From contig OZ024745.1 of assembly GCA_964016885.1 (NCBI GenBank), forward strand, positions 102,114,001 to 102,178,000: 64,000 nucleotides of DNA, read 5' to 3'. Made by a program: the position numbers and the translations under genes. Under the pieces are notes generated by a model. That model ran no database searches, was not told the origin of the DNA, and was given only the letters and a program-made list of their open reading frames with translations. The DNA comes from Eledone cirrhosa. Its lineage: Eukaryota. Shown here one piece after another: positions 25,318 to 37,829 of this stretch (position 1 is the stretch's first letter; every line of letters starts with the position of its first letter).

Positions 25318-28300
25318 CTCTTAGTAGCTTTTTCATGTCGTTAATATTATGATGTTCCCTGCTGTATTAGCGTTAAATTTTCCCTGCTGTATTAGCGATA
25401 AATTTTCGAGGGTTTCTCTTAGTAGCTTTTTCATGTCGTTAATATTATGATGTTCCCTGCTGTATTAGCGTTAAATTTTCCCTGCTGTATTAGCGATAAA
25501 TTTTCGAGGGTTTCTCTTAGTAGCTTTTTCATGTCGTTAATATTATGATGTTCCCTGCTGTATTAGCGTTAAATTTTCCCTGCTGTATTAGCGATAAATT
25601 TTCGAGGGTTTCTCTTAGTAGCTTTTTCATGTCGTTAATATTATGATGTTCCCTGCTGTATTAGCGTTAAATTTTCCCTGCTGTATTAGCGATAAATTTT
25701 CGAGGGTTTCTCTTAGTAGCTTTTTCATGTCGTTAATATTATGATGTTCCCTGCTGTATTAGCGTTAAATTTTCCCTGCTGTATTAGCGATAAATTTTCG
25801 AGGGTTTCTCTTAGTAGCTTTTTCATGTCGTTAATATTATGATGTTCCCTGCTGTATTAGCGTTAAATTTTCCCTGCTGTATTAGCGATAAATTTTCGAG
25901 GGTTTCTCTTAGTAGCTTTTTCATGTCGTTAATATTATGATGTTCCCTGCTGTATTAGCGTTAAATTTTCCCTGCTGTATTAGCGATAAATTTTCGAGGG
26001 TTTCTCTTAGTAGCTTTTTCATGTCGTTAATATTATGATGTTCCCTGCTGTATTAGCGTTAAATTTTCCCTGCTGTATTAGCGATAAATTTTCGAGGGTT
26101 TCTCTTAGTAGCTTTTTCATGTCGTTAATATTATGATGTTCCCTGCTGTATTAGCGTTAAATTTTCCCTGCTGTATTAGCGATAAATTTTCGAGGGTTTC
26201 TCTTAGTAGCTTTTTCATGTCGTTAATATTATGATGTTCCCTGCTGTATTAGCGTTAAATTTTCCCTGCTGTATTAGCGATAAATTTTCGAGGGTTTCTC
26301 TTAGTAGCTTTTTCATGTCGTTAATATTATGATGTTCCCTGCTGTATTAGCGTTAAATTTTCCCTGCTGTATTAGCGATAAATTTTCGAGGGTTTCTCTT
26401 AGTAGCTTTTTCATGTCGTTAATATTATGATGTTCCCTGCTGTATTAGCGTTAAATTTTCCCTGCTGTATTAGCGATAAATTTTCGAGGGTTTCTCTTAG
26501 TAGCTTTTTCATGTCGTTAATATTATGATGTTCCCTGCTGTATTAGCGTTAAATTTTCCCTGCTGTATTAGCGATAAATTTTCGAGGGTTTCTCTTAGTA
26601 GCTTTTTCATGTCGTTAATATTATGATGTTCCCTGCTGTATTAGCGTTAAATTTTCCCTGCTGTATTAGCGATAAATTTTCGAGGGTTTCTCTTAGTAGC
26701 TTTTTCATGTCGTTAATATTATGATGTTCCCTGCTGTATTAGCGTTAAATTTTCCCTGCTGTATTAGCGATAAATTTTCGAGGGTTTCTCTTAGTAGCTT
26801 TTTCATGTCGTTAATATTATGATGTTCCCTGCTGTATTAGCGTTAAATTTTCCCTGCTGTATTAGCGATAAATTTTCGAGGGTTTCTCTTAGTAGCTTTT
26901 TCATGTCGTTAATATTATGATGTTCCCTGCTGTATTAGCGTTAAATTTTCCCTGCTGTATTAGCGATAAATTTTCGAGGGTTTCTCTTAGTAGCTTTTTC
27001 ATGTCGTTAATATTATGATGTTCCCTGCTGTATTAGCGTTAAATTTTCCCTGCTGTATTAGCGATAAATTTTCGAGGGTTTCTCTTAGTAGCTTTTTCAT
27101 GTCGTTAATATTATGATGTTCCCTGCTGTATTAGCGTTAAATTTTCCCTGCTGTATTAGCGATAAATTTTCGAGGGTTTCTCTTAGTAGCTTTTTCATGT
27201 CGTTAATATTATGATGTTCCCTGCTGTATTAGCGTTAAATTTTCCCTGCTGTATTAGCGATAAATTTTCGAGGGTTTCTCTTAGTAGCTTTTTCATGTCG
27301 TTAATATTATGATGTTCCCTGCTGTATTAGCGTTAAATTTTCCCTGCTGTATTAGCGATAAATTTTCGAGGGTTTCTCTTAGTAGCTTTTTCATGTCGTT
27401 AATATTATGATGTTCCCTGCTGTATTAGCGTTAAATTTTCCCTGCTGTATTAGCGATAAATTTTCGAGGGTTTCTCTTAGTAGCTTTTTCATGTCGTTAA
27501 TATTATGATGTTCCCTGCTGTATTAGCGTTAAATTTTCCCTGCTGTATTAGCGATAAATTTTCGAGGGTTTCTCTTAGTAGCTTTTTCATGTCGTTAATA
27601 TTATGATGTTCCCTGCTGTATTAGCGTTAAATTTTCCCTGCTGTATTAGCGATAAATTTTCGAGGGTTTCTCTTAGTAGCTTTTTCATGTCGTTAATATT
27701 ATGATGTTCCCTGCTGTATTAGCGTTAAATTTTCCCTGCTGTATTAGCGATAAATTTTCGAGGGTTTCTCTTAGTAGCTTTTTCATGTCGTTAATATTAT
27801 GATGTTCCCTGCTGTATTAGCGTTAAATTTTCCCTGCTGTATTAGCGATAAATTTTCGAGGGTTTCTCTTAGTAGCTTTTTCATGTCGTTAATATTATGA
27901 TGTTCCCTGCTGTATTAGCGTTAAATTTTCCCTGCTGTATTAGCGATAAATTTTCGAGGGTTTCTCTTAGTAGCTTTTTCATGTCGTTAATATTATGATG
28001 TTCCCTGCTGTATTAGCGTTAAATTTTCCCTGCTGTATTAGCGATAAATTTTCGAGGGTTTCTCTTAGTAGCTTTTTCATGTCGTTAATATTATGATGTT
28101 CCCTGCTGTATTAGCGTTAAATTTTCCCTGCTGTATTAGCGATAAATTTTCGAGGGTTTCTCTTAGTAGCTTTTTCATGTCGTTAATATTATGATGTTCC
28201 CTGCTGTATTAGCGTTAAATTTTCCCTGCTGTATTAGCGATAAATTTTCGAGGGTTTCTCTTAGTAGCTTTTTCATGTCGTTAATATTATGATGTTCCCT

Positions 28301-31300
28301 GCTGTATTAGCGTTAAATTTTCCCTGCTGTATTAGCGATAAATTTTCGAGGGTTTCTCTTAGTAGCTTTTTCATGTCGTTAATATTATGATGTTCCCTGC
28401 TGTATTAGCGTTAAATTTTCCCTGCTGTATTAGCGATAAATTTTCGAGGGTTTCTCTTAGTAGCTTTTTCATGTCGTTAATATTATGATGTTCCCTGCTG
28501 TATTAGCGTTAAATTTTCCCTGCTGTATTAGCGATAAATTTTCGAGGGTTTCTCTTAGTAGCTTTTTCATGTCGTTAATATTATGATGTTCCCTGCTGTA
28601 TTAGCGTTAAATTTTCCCTGCTGTATTAGCGATAAATTTTCGAGGGTTTCTCTTAGTAGCTTTTTCATGTCGTTAATATTATGATGTTCCCTGCTGTATT
28701 AGCGTTAAATTTTCCCTGCTGTATTAGCGATAAATTTTCGAGGGTTTCTCTTAGTAGCTTTTTCATGTCGTTAATATTATGATGTTCCCTGCTGTATTAG
28801 CGTTAAATTTTCCCTGCTGTATTAGCGATAAATTTTCGAGGGTTTCTCTTAGTAGCTTTTTCATGTCGTTAATATTATGATGTTCCCTGCTGTATTAGCG
28901 TTAAATTTTCCCTGCTGTATTAGCGATAAATTTTCGAGGGTTTCTCTTAGTAGCTTTTTCATGTCGTTAATATTATGATGTTCCCTGCTGTATTAGCGTT
29001 AAATTTTCCCTGCTGTATTAGCGATAAATTTTCGAGGGTTTCTCTTAGTAGCTTTTTCATGTCGTTAATATTATGATGTTCCCTGCTGTATTAGCGTTAA
29101 ATTTTCCCTGCTGTATTAGCGATAAATTTTCGAGGGTTTCTCTTAGTAGCTTTTTCATGTCGTTAATATTATGATGTTCCCTGCTGTATTAGCGTTAAAT
29201 TTTCCCTGCTGTATTAGCGATAAATTTTCGAGGGTTTCTCTTAGTAGCTTTTTCATGTCGTTAATATTATGATGTTCCCTGCTGTATTAGCGTTAAATTT
29301 TCCCTGCTGTATTAGCGATAAATTTTCGAGGGTTTCTCTTAGTAGCTTTTTCATGTCGTTAATATTATGATGTTCCCTGCTGTATTAGCGTTAAATTTTC
29401 CCTGCTGTATTAGCGATAAATTTTCGAGGGTTTCTCTTAGTAGCTTTTTCATGTCGTTAATATTATGATGTTCCCTGCTGTATTAGCGTTAAATTTTCCC
29501 TGCTGTATTAGCGATAAATTTTCGAGGGTTTCTCTTAGTAGCTTTTTCATGTCGTTAATATTATGATGTTCCCTGCTGTATTAGCGTTAAATTTTCCCTG
29601 CTGTATTAGCGATAAATTTTCGAGGGTTTCTCTTAGTAGCTTTTTCATGTCGTTAATATTATGATGTTCCCTGCTGTATTAGCGTTAAATTTTCCCTGCT
29701 GTATTAGCGATAAATTTTCGAGGGTTTCTCTTAGTAGCTTTTTCATGTCGTTAATATTATGATGTTCCCTGCTGTATTAGCGTTAAATTTTCCCTGCTGT
29801 ATTAGCGATAAATTTTCGAGGGTTTCTCTTAGTAGCTTTTTCATGTCGTTAATATTATGATGTTCCCTGCTGTATTAGCGTTAAATTTTCCCTGCTGTAT
29901 TAGCGATAAATTTTCGAGGGTTTCTCTTAGTAGCTTTTTCATGTCGTTAATATTATGATGTTCCCTGCTGTATTAGCGTTAAATTTTCCCTGCTGTATTA
30001 GCGATAAATTTTCGAGGGTTTCTCTTAGTAGCTTTTTCATGTCGTTAATATTATGATGTTCCCTGCTGTATTAGCGTTAAATTTTCCCTGCTGTATTAGC
30101 GATAAATTTTCGAGGGTTTCTCTTAGTAGCTTTTTCATGTCGTTAATATTATGATGTTCCCTGCTGTATTAGCGTTAAATTTTCCCTGCTGTATTAGCGA
30201 TAAATTTTCGAGGGTTTCTCTTAGTAGCTTTTTCATGTCGTTAATATTATGATGTTCCCTGCTGTATTAGCGTTAAATTTTCCCTGCTGTATTAGCGATA
30301 AATTTTCGAGGGTTTCTCTTAGTAGCTTTTTCATGTCGTTAATATTATGATGTTCCCTGCTGTATTAGCGTTAAATTTTCCCTGCTGTATTAGCGATAAA
30401 TTTTCGAGGGTTTCTCTTAGTAGCTTTTTCATGTCGTTAATATTATGATGTTCCCTGCTGTATTAGCGTTAAATTTTCCCTGCTGTATTAGCGATAAATT
30501 TTCGAGGGTTTCTCTTAGTAGCTTTTTCATGTCGTTAATATTATGATGTTCCCTGCTGTATTAGCGTTAAATTTTCCCTGCTGTATTAGCGATAAATTTT
30601 CGAGGGTTTCTCTTAGTAGCTTTTTCATGTCGTTAATATTATGATGTTCCCTGCTGTATTAGCGTTAAATTTTCCCTGCTGTATTAGCGATAAATTTTCG
30701 AGGGTTTCTCTTAGTAGCTTTTTCATGTCGTTAATATTATGATGTTCCCTGCTGTATTAGCGTTAAATTTTCCCTGCTGTATTAGCGATAAATTTTCGAG
30801 GGTTTCTCTTAGTAGCTTTTTCATGTCGTTAATATTATGATGTTCCCTGCTGTATTAGCGTTAAATTTTCCCTGCTGTATTAGCGATAAATTTTCGAGGG
30901 TTTCTCTTAGTAGCTTTTTCATGTCGTTAATATTATGATGTTCCCTGCTGTATTAGCGTTAAATTTTCCCTGCTGTATTAGCGATAAATTTTCGAGGGTT
31001 TCTCTTAGTAGCTTTTTCATGTCGTTAATATTATGATGTTCCCTGCTGTATTAGCGTTAAATTTTCCCTGCTGTATTAGCGATAAATTTTCGAGGGTTTC
31101 TCTTAGTAGCTTTTTCATGTCGTTAATATTATGATGTTCCCTGCTGTATTAGCGTTAAATTTTCCCTGCTGTATTAGCGATAAATTTTCGAGGGTTTCTC
31201 TTAGTAGCTTTTTCATGTCGTTAATATTATGATGTTCCCTGCTGTATTAGCGTTAAATTTTCCCTGCTGTATTAGCGATAAATTTTCGAGGGTTTCTCTT

Positions 31301-34300
31301 AGTAGCTTTTTCATGTCGTTAATATTATGATGTTCCCTGCTGTATTAGCGTTAAATTTTCCCTGCTGTATTAGCGATAAATTTTCGAGGGTTTCTCTTAG
31401 TAGCTTTTTCATGTCGTTAATATTATGATGTTCCCTGCTGTATTAGCGTTAAATTTTCCCTGCTGTATTAGCGATAAATTTTCGAGGGTTTCTCTTAGTA
31501 GCTTTTTCATGTCGTTAATATTATGATGTTCCCTGCTGTATTAGCGTTAAATTTTCCCTGCTGTATTAGCGATAAATTTTCGAGGGTTTCTCTTAGTAGC
31601 TTTTTCATGTCGTTAATATTATGATGTTCCCTGCTGTATTAGCGTTAAATTTTCCCTGCTGTATTAGCGATAAATTTTCGAGGGTTTCTCTTAGTAGCTT
31701 TTTCATGTCGTTAATATTATGATGTTCCCTGCTGTATTAGCGTTAAATTTTCCCTGCTGTATTAGCGATAAATTTTCGAGGGTTTCTCTTAGTAGCTTTT
31801 TCATGTCGTTAATATTATGATGTTCCCTGCTGTATTAGCGTTAAATTTTCCCTGCTGTATTAGCGATAAATTTTCGAGGGTTTCTCTTAGTAGCTTTTTC
31901 ATGTCGTTAATATTATGATGTTCCCTGCTGTATTAGCGTTAAATTTTCCCGTGCTGTATTAGCGATAAATTTTCGAGGGTTTCTCTTAGTAGCTTTTTCA
32001 TGTCGTTAATATTATGATGTTCCCTGCTGTATTAGCGTTAAATTTTCCCTGCTGTATTAGCGATAAATTTTCGAGGGTTTCTCTTAGTAGCTTTTTCATG
32101 TCGTTAATATTATGATGTTCCCTGCTGTATTAGCGTTAAATTTTCCCTGCTGTATTAGCGATAAATTTTCGAGGGTTTCTCTTAGTAGCTTTTTCATGTC
32201 GTTAATATTATGATGTTCCCTGCTGTATTAGCGTTAAATTTTCCCTGCTGTATTAGCGATAAATTTTCGAGGGTTTCTCTTAGTAGCTTTTTCATGTCGT
32301 TAATATTATGATGTTCCCTGCTGTATTAGCGTTAAATTTTCCCTGCTGTATTAGCGATAAATTTCGAGGGTTTCTCTTAGTAGCTTTTTCATGTCGTTAA
32401 TATTATGATGTTCCCTGCTGTATTAGCGTTAAATTTTCCCTGCTGTATTAGCGATAAATTTTCGAGGGTTTCTCTTAGTAGCTTTTTCATGTCGTTAATA
32501 TTATGATGTTCCCTGCTGTATTAGCGTTAAATTTTCCCTGCTGTATTAGCGATAAATTTCGAGGGTTTCTCTTAGTAGCTTTTTCATGTCGTTAATATTA
32601 TGATGTTCCCTGCTGTATTAGCGTTAAATTTTCCCTGCTGTATTAGCGATAAATTTTCGAGGGTTTCTCTTAGTAGCTTTTTCATGTCGTTAATATTATG
32701 ATGTTCCCTGCTGTATTAGCGTTAAATTTCCCTGCTGTATTAGCGATAAATTTTCGAGGGTTTCTCTTAGTAGCTTTTTCATGTCGTTAATATTATGATG
32801 TTCCCTGCTGTATTAGCGTTAAATTTTCCCTGCTGTATTAGCGATAAATTTTCGAGGGTTTCTCTTAGTAGCTTTTTCATGTCGTTAATATTATGATGTT
32901 CCCTGCTGTATTAGCGTTAAATTTTCCCTGCTGTATTAGCGATAAATTTTCGAGGGTTTCTCTTAGTAGCTTTTTCATGTCGTTAATATTATGATGTTCC
33001 CTGCTGTATTAGCGTTAAATTTTCCCTGCTGTATTAGCGATAAATTTTCGAGGGTTTCTCTTAGTAGCTTTTTCATGTCGTTAATATTATGATGTTCCCT
33101 GCTGTATTAGCGTTAAATTTTCCCTGCTGTATTAGCGATAAATTTTCGAGGGTTTCTCTTAGTAGCTTTTTCATGTCGTTAATATTATGATGTTCCCTGC
33201 TGTATTAGCGTTAAATTTTCCCTGCTGTATTAGCGATAAATTTTCGAGGGTTTCTCTTAGTAGCTTTTTCATGTCGTTAATATTTTGATGTTCCCTGCTG
33301 TATTAGCGTTAAATTTTCCCTGCTGTATTAGCGATAAATTTTCGAGGGTTTCTCTTAGTAGCTTTTTCATGTCGTTAATATTATGATGTTCCCTGCTGTA
33401 TTAGCGTTAAATTTTCCCTGCTGTATTAGCGATAAATTTTCGAGGGTTTCTCTTAGTAGCTTTTTCATGTCGTTAATATTATGATGTTCCCTGCTGTATT
33501 AGCGTTAAATTTTCCCTGCTGTATTAGCGATAAATTTTCGAGGGTTTCTCTTAGTAGCTTTTTCATGTCGTTAATATTATGATGTTCCCTGCTGTATTAG
33601 CGTTAAATTTTCCCTGCTGTATTAGCGATAAATTTTCGAGGGTTTCTCTTAGTAGCTTTTTCATGTCGTTAATATTATGATGTTCCCTGCTGTATTAGCG
33701 TTAAATTTTCCCTGCTGTATTAGCGATAAATTTTCGAGGGTTTCTCTTAGTAGCTTTTTCATGTCGTTAATATTATGATGTTCCCTGCTGTATTAGCGTT
33801 AAATTTTCCCTGCTGTATTAGCGATAAATTTTCGAGGGTTTCTCTTAGTAGCTTTTTCATGTCGTTAATATTATGATGTTCCCTGCTGTATTAGCGTTAA
33901 ATTTTCCCTGCTGTATTAGCGATAAATTTTCGAGGGTTTCTCTTAGTAGCTTTTTCATGTCGTTAATATTATGATGTTCCCTGCTGTATTAGCGTTAAAT
34001 TTTCCCTGCTGTATTAGCGATAAATTTTCGAGGGTTTCTCTTAGTAGCTTTTTCATGTCGTTAATATTATGATGTTCCCTGCTGTATTAGCGTTAAATTT
34101 TCCCTGCTGTATTAGCGATAAATTTTCGAGGGTTTCTCTTAGTAGCTTTTTCATGTCGTTAATATTATGATGTTCCCTGCTGTATTAGCGATAAATTTTC
34201 GAGGGTTTCTCTTAGTAGCTTTTTCATGTCGTTAATATTATGATGTTCCCTGCTGTATTAGCGTTAAATTTTCCCTGCTGTATTAGCGATAAATTTTCGA

Positions 34301-37300
34301 GGGTTTCTCTTAGTAGCTTTTTCATGTCGTTAATATTATGATGTTCCCTGCTGTATTAGCGTTAAATTTTCCCTGCTGTATTAGCGATAAATTTTCGAGG
34401 GTTTCTCTTAGTAGCTTTTTCATGTCGTTAATATTATGATGTTCCCTGCTGTATTAGCGTTAAATTTTCCCTGCTGTATTAGCGATAAATTTTCGAGGGT
34501 TTCTCTTAGTAGCTTTTTCATGTCGTTAATATTATGATGTTCCCTGCTGTATTAGCGTTAAATTTTCCCTGCTGTATTAGCGATAAATTTTCGAGGGTTT
34601 CTCTTAGTAGCTTTTTCATGTCGTTAATATTATGATGTTCCCTGCTGTATTAGCGTTAAATTTTCCCTGCTGTATTAGCGATAAATTTTCGAGGGTTTCT
34701 CTTAGTAGCTTTTTCATGTCGTTAATATTATGATGTTCCCTGCTGTATTAGCGTTAAATTTTCCCTGCTGTATTAGCGATAAATTTTCGAGGGTTTCTCT
34801 TAGTAGCTTTTTCATGTCGTTAATATTATGATGTTCCCTGCTGTATTAGCGTTAAATTTTCCCTGCTGTATTAGCGATAAATTTTCGAGGGTTTCTCTTA
34901 GTAGCTTTTTCATGTCGTTAATATTTTGATGTTCCCTGCTGTATTAGCGTTAAATTTTCCCTGCTGTATTAGCGATAAATTTTCGAGGGTTTCTCTTAGT
35001 AGCTTTTTCATGTCGTTAATATTATGATGTTCCCTGCTGTATTAGCGTTAAATTTTCCCTGCTGTATTAGCGATAAATTTTCGAGGGTTTCTCTTAGTAG
35101 CTTTTTCATGTCGTTAATATTATGATGTTCCCTGCTGTATTAGCGTTAAATTTTCCCTGCTGTATTAGCGATAAATTTTCGAGGGTTTCTCTTAGTAGCT
35201 TTTTCATGTCGTTAATATTATGATGTTCCCTGCTGTATTAGCGTTAAATTTTCCCTGCTGTATTAGCGATAAATTTTCGAGGGATTCTCTTAGTAGCTTT
35301 TTCATGTCGTTAATATTATGATGTTCCCTGCTGTATTAGCGTTAAATTTTCCCTGCTGTATTAGCGATAAATTTTCGAGGGTTTCTCTTAGTAGCTTTTT
35401 CATGTCGTTAATATTATGATGTTCCCTGCTGTATTAGCGTTAAATTTTCCCTGCTGTATTAGCGATAAATTTTCGAGGGTTTCTCTTAGTAGCTTTTTCA
35501 TGTCGTTAATATTATGATGTTCCCTGCTGTATTAGCGTTAAATTTTCCCTGCTGTATTAGCGATAAATTTTCGAGGGTTTCTCTTAGTAGCTTTTTCATG
35601 TCGTTAATATTATGATGTTCCCTGCTGTATTAGCGTTAAATTTTCCCTGCTGTATTAGCGATAAATTTTCGAGGGTTTCTCTTAGTAGCTTTTTCATGTC
35701 GTTAATATTATGATGTTCCCTGCTGTATTAGCGTTAAATTTTCCCTGCTGTATTAGCGATAAATTTTCGAGGGTTTCTCTTAGTAGCTTTTTCATGTCGT
35801 TAATATTATGATGTTCCCTGCTGTATTAGCGTTAAATTTTCCCTGCTGTATTAGCGATAAATTTTCGAGGGTTTCTCTTAGTAGCTTTTTCATGTCGTTA
35901 ATATTATGATGTTCCCTGCTGTATTAGCGTTAAATTTTCCCTGCTGTATTAGCGATAAATTTTCGAGGGTTTCTCTTAGTAGCTTTTTCATGTCGTTAAT
36001 ATTATGATGTTCCCTGCTGTATTAGCGTTAAATTTTCCCTGCTGTATTAGCGATAAATTTTCGAGGGTTTCTCTTAGTAGCTTTTTCATGTCGTTAATAT
36101 TATGATGTTCCCTGCTGTATTAGCGTTAAATTTTCCCTGCTGTATTAGCGATAAATTTTCGAGGGTTTCTCTTAGTAGCTTTTTCATGTCGTTAATATTA
36201 TGATGTTCCCTGCTGTATTAGCGTTAAATTTTCCCTGCTGTATTAGCGATAAATTTTCGAGGGTTTCTCTTAGTAGCTTTTTCATGTCGTTAATATTATG
36301 ATGTTCCCTGCTGTATTAGCGTTAAATTTTCCCTGCTGTATTAGCGATAAATTTTCGAGGGTTTCTCTTAGTAGCTTTTTCATGTCGTTAATATTATGAT
36401 GTTCCCTGCTGTATTAGCGTTAAATTTTCCCTGCTGTATTAGCGATAAATTTTCGAGGGTTTCTCTTAGTAGCTTTTTCATGTCGTTAATATTATGATGT
36501 TCCCTGCTGTATTAGCGTTAAATTTTCCCTGCTGTATTAGCGATAAATTTTCGAGGGTTTCTCTTAGTAGCTTTTTCATGTCGTTAATATTATGATGTTC
36601 CCTGCTGTATTAGCGATAAATTTTCGAGGGTTTCTCTTAGTAGCTTTTTCATGTCGTTAATATTTTGATGTTCCCTGCTGTATTAGCGTTAAATTTTCCC
36701 TGCTGTATTAGCGATAAATTTTCGAGGGTTTCTCTTAGTAGCTTTTTCATGTCGTTAATATTATGATGTTCCCTGCTGTATTAGCGTTAAATTTTCCCTG
36801 CTGTATTAGCGATAAATTTTCGAGGGTTTCTCTTAGTAGCTTTTTCATGTCGTTAATATTATGATGTTCCCTGCTGTATTAGCGTTAAATTTTCCCTGCT
36901 GTATTAGCGATAAATTTTCGAGGGTTTCTCTTAGTAGCTTTTTCATGTCGTTAATATTATGATGTTCCCTGCTGTATTAGCGTTAAATTTTCCCTGCTGT
37001 ATTAGCGATAAATTTTCGAGGGTTTCTCTTAGTAGCTTTTTCATGTCGTTAATATTATGATGTTCCCTGCTGTATTAGCGTTAAATTTTCCCTGCTGTAT
37101 TAGCGATAAATTTTCGAGGGTTTCTCTTAGTAGCTTTTTCATGTCGTTAATATTATGATGTTCCCTGCTGTATTAGCGTTAAATTTTCCCTGCTGTATTA
37201 GCGATAAATTTTCGAGGGTTTCTCTTAGTAGCTTTTTCATGTCGTTAATATTATGATGTTCCCTGCTGTATTAGCGTTAAATTTTCCCTGCTGTATTAAC

Positions 37301-37829
37301 GATAAATTTTCGAGGGTTTCTCTTAGTAGCTTTTTCATGTCGTTAATATTATGATGTTCCCTGCTGTATTAGCGTTAAATTTTCCCTGCTGTATTAGCGA
37401 TAAATTTTCGAGGGTTTCTCTTAGTAGCTTTTTCATGTCGTTAATATTATGATGTTCCCTGCTGTATTAGCGTTAAATTTTCCCTGCTGTATTAGCGATA
37501 AATTTTCGAGGGTTTCTCTTAGTAGCTTTTTCATGTCGTTAATATTATGATGTTCCCTGCTGTATTAGCGTTAAATTTTCCCTGCTGTATTAGCGATAAA
37601 TTTTCGAGGGTTTCTCTTAGTAGCTTTTTCATGTCGTTAATATTATGATGTTCCCTGCTGTATTAGCGTTAAATTTTCCCTGCTGTATTAGCGATAAATT
37701 TTCGAGGGTTTCTCTTAGTAGCTTTTTCATGTCGTTAATATTATGATGTTCCCTGCTGTATTAGCGTTAAATTTTCCCTGCTGTATTAGCGATAAATTTT
37801 CGAGGGTTTCTCTTAGTAGCTTTTTTCAT
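25318..37829 (+). repeat. 98-bp tandem satellite, ~128 copies, near-invariant, with an internal 25-bp subrepeat
   Basis: Unit TCTCTTAGTAGCTTTTTCATGTCGTTAATATTATGATGTTCCCTGCTGTATTAGCGTTAAATTTTCCCTGCTGTATTAGCGATAAATTTTCGAGGGTT; register repeats every 2940 bp (30 x 98). Confidence 0.99.

Noticed and set aside
25318-37829. CRISPR array
   Set aside because: Units are identical end to end with no unique spacers, there are no cas genes, and the context is eukaryotic.
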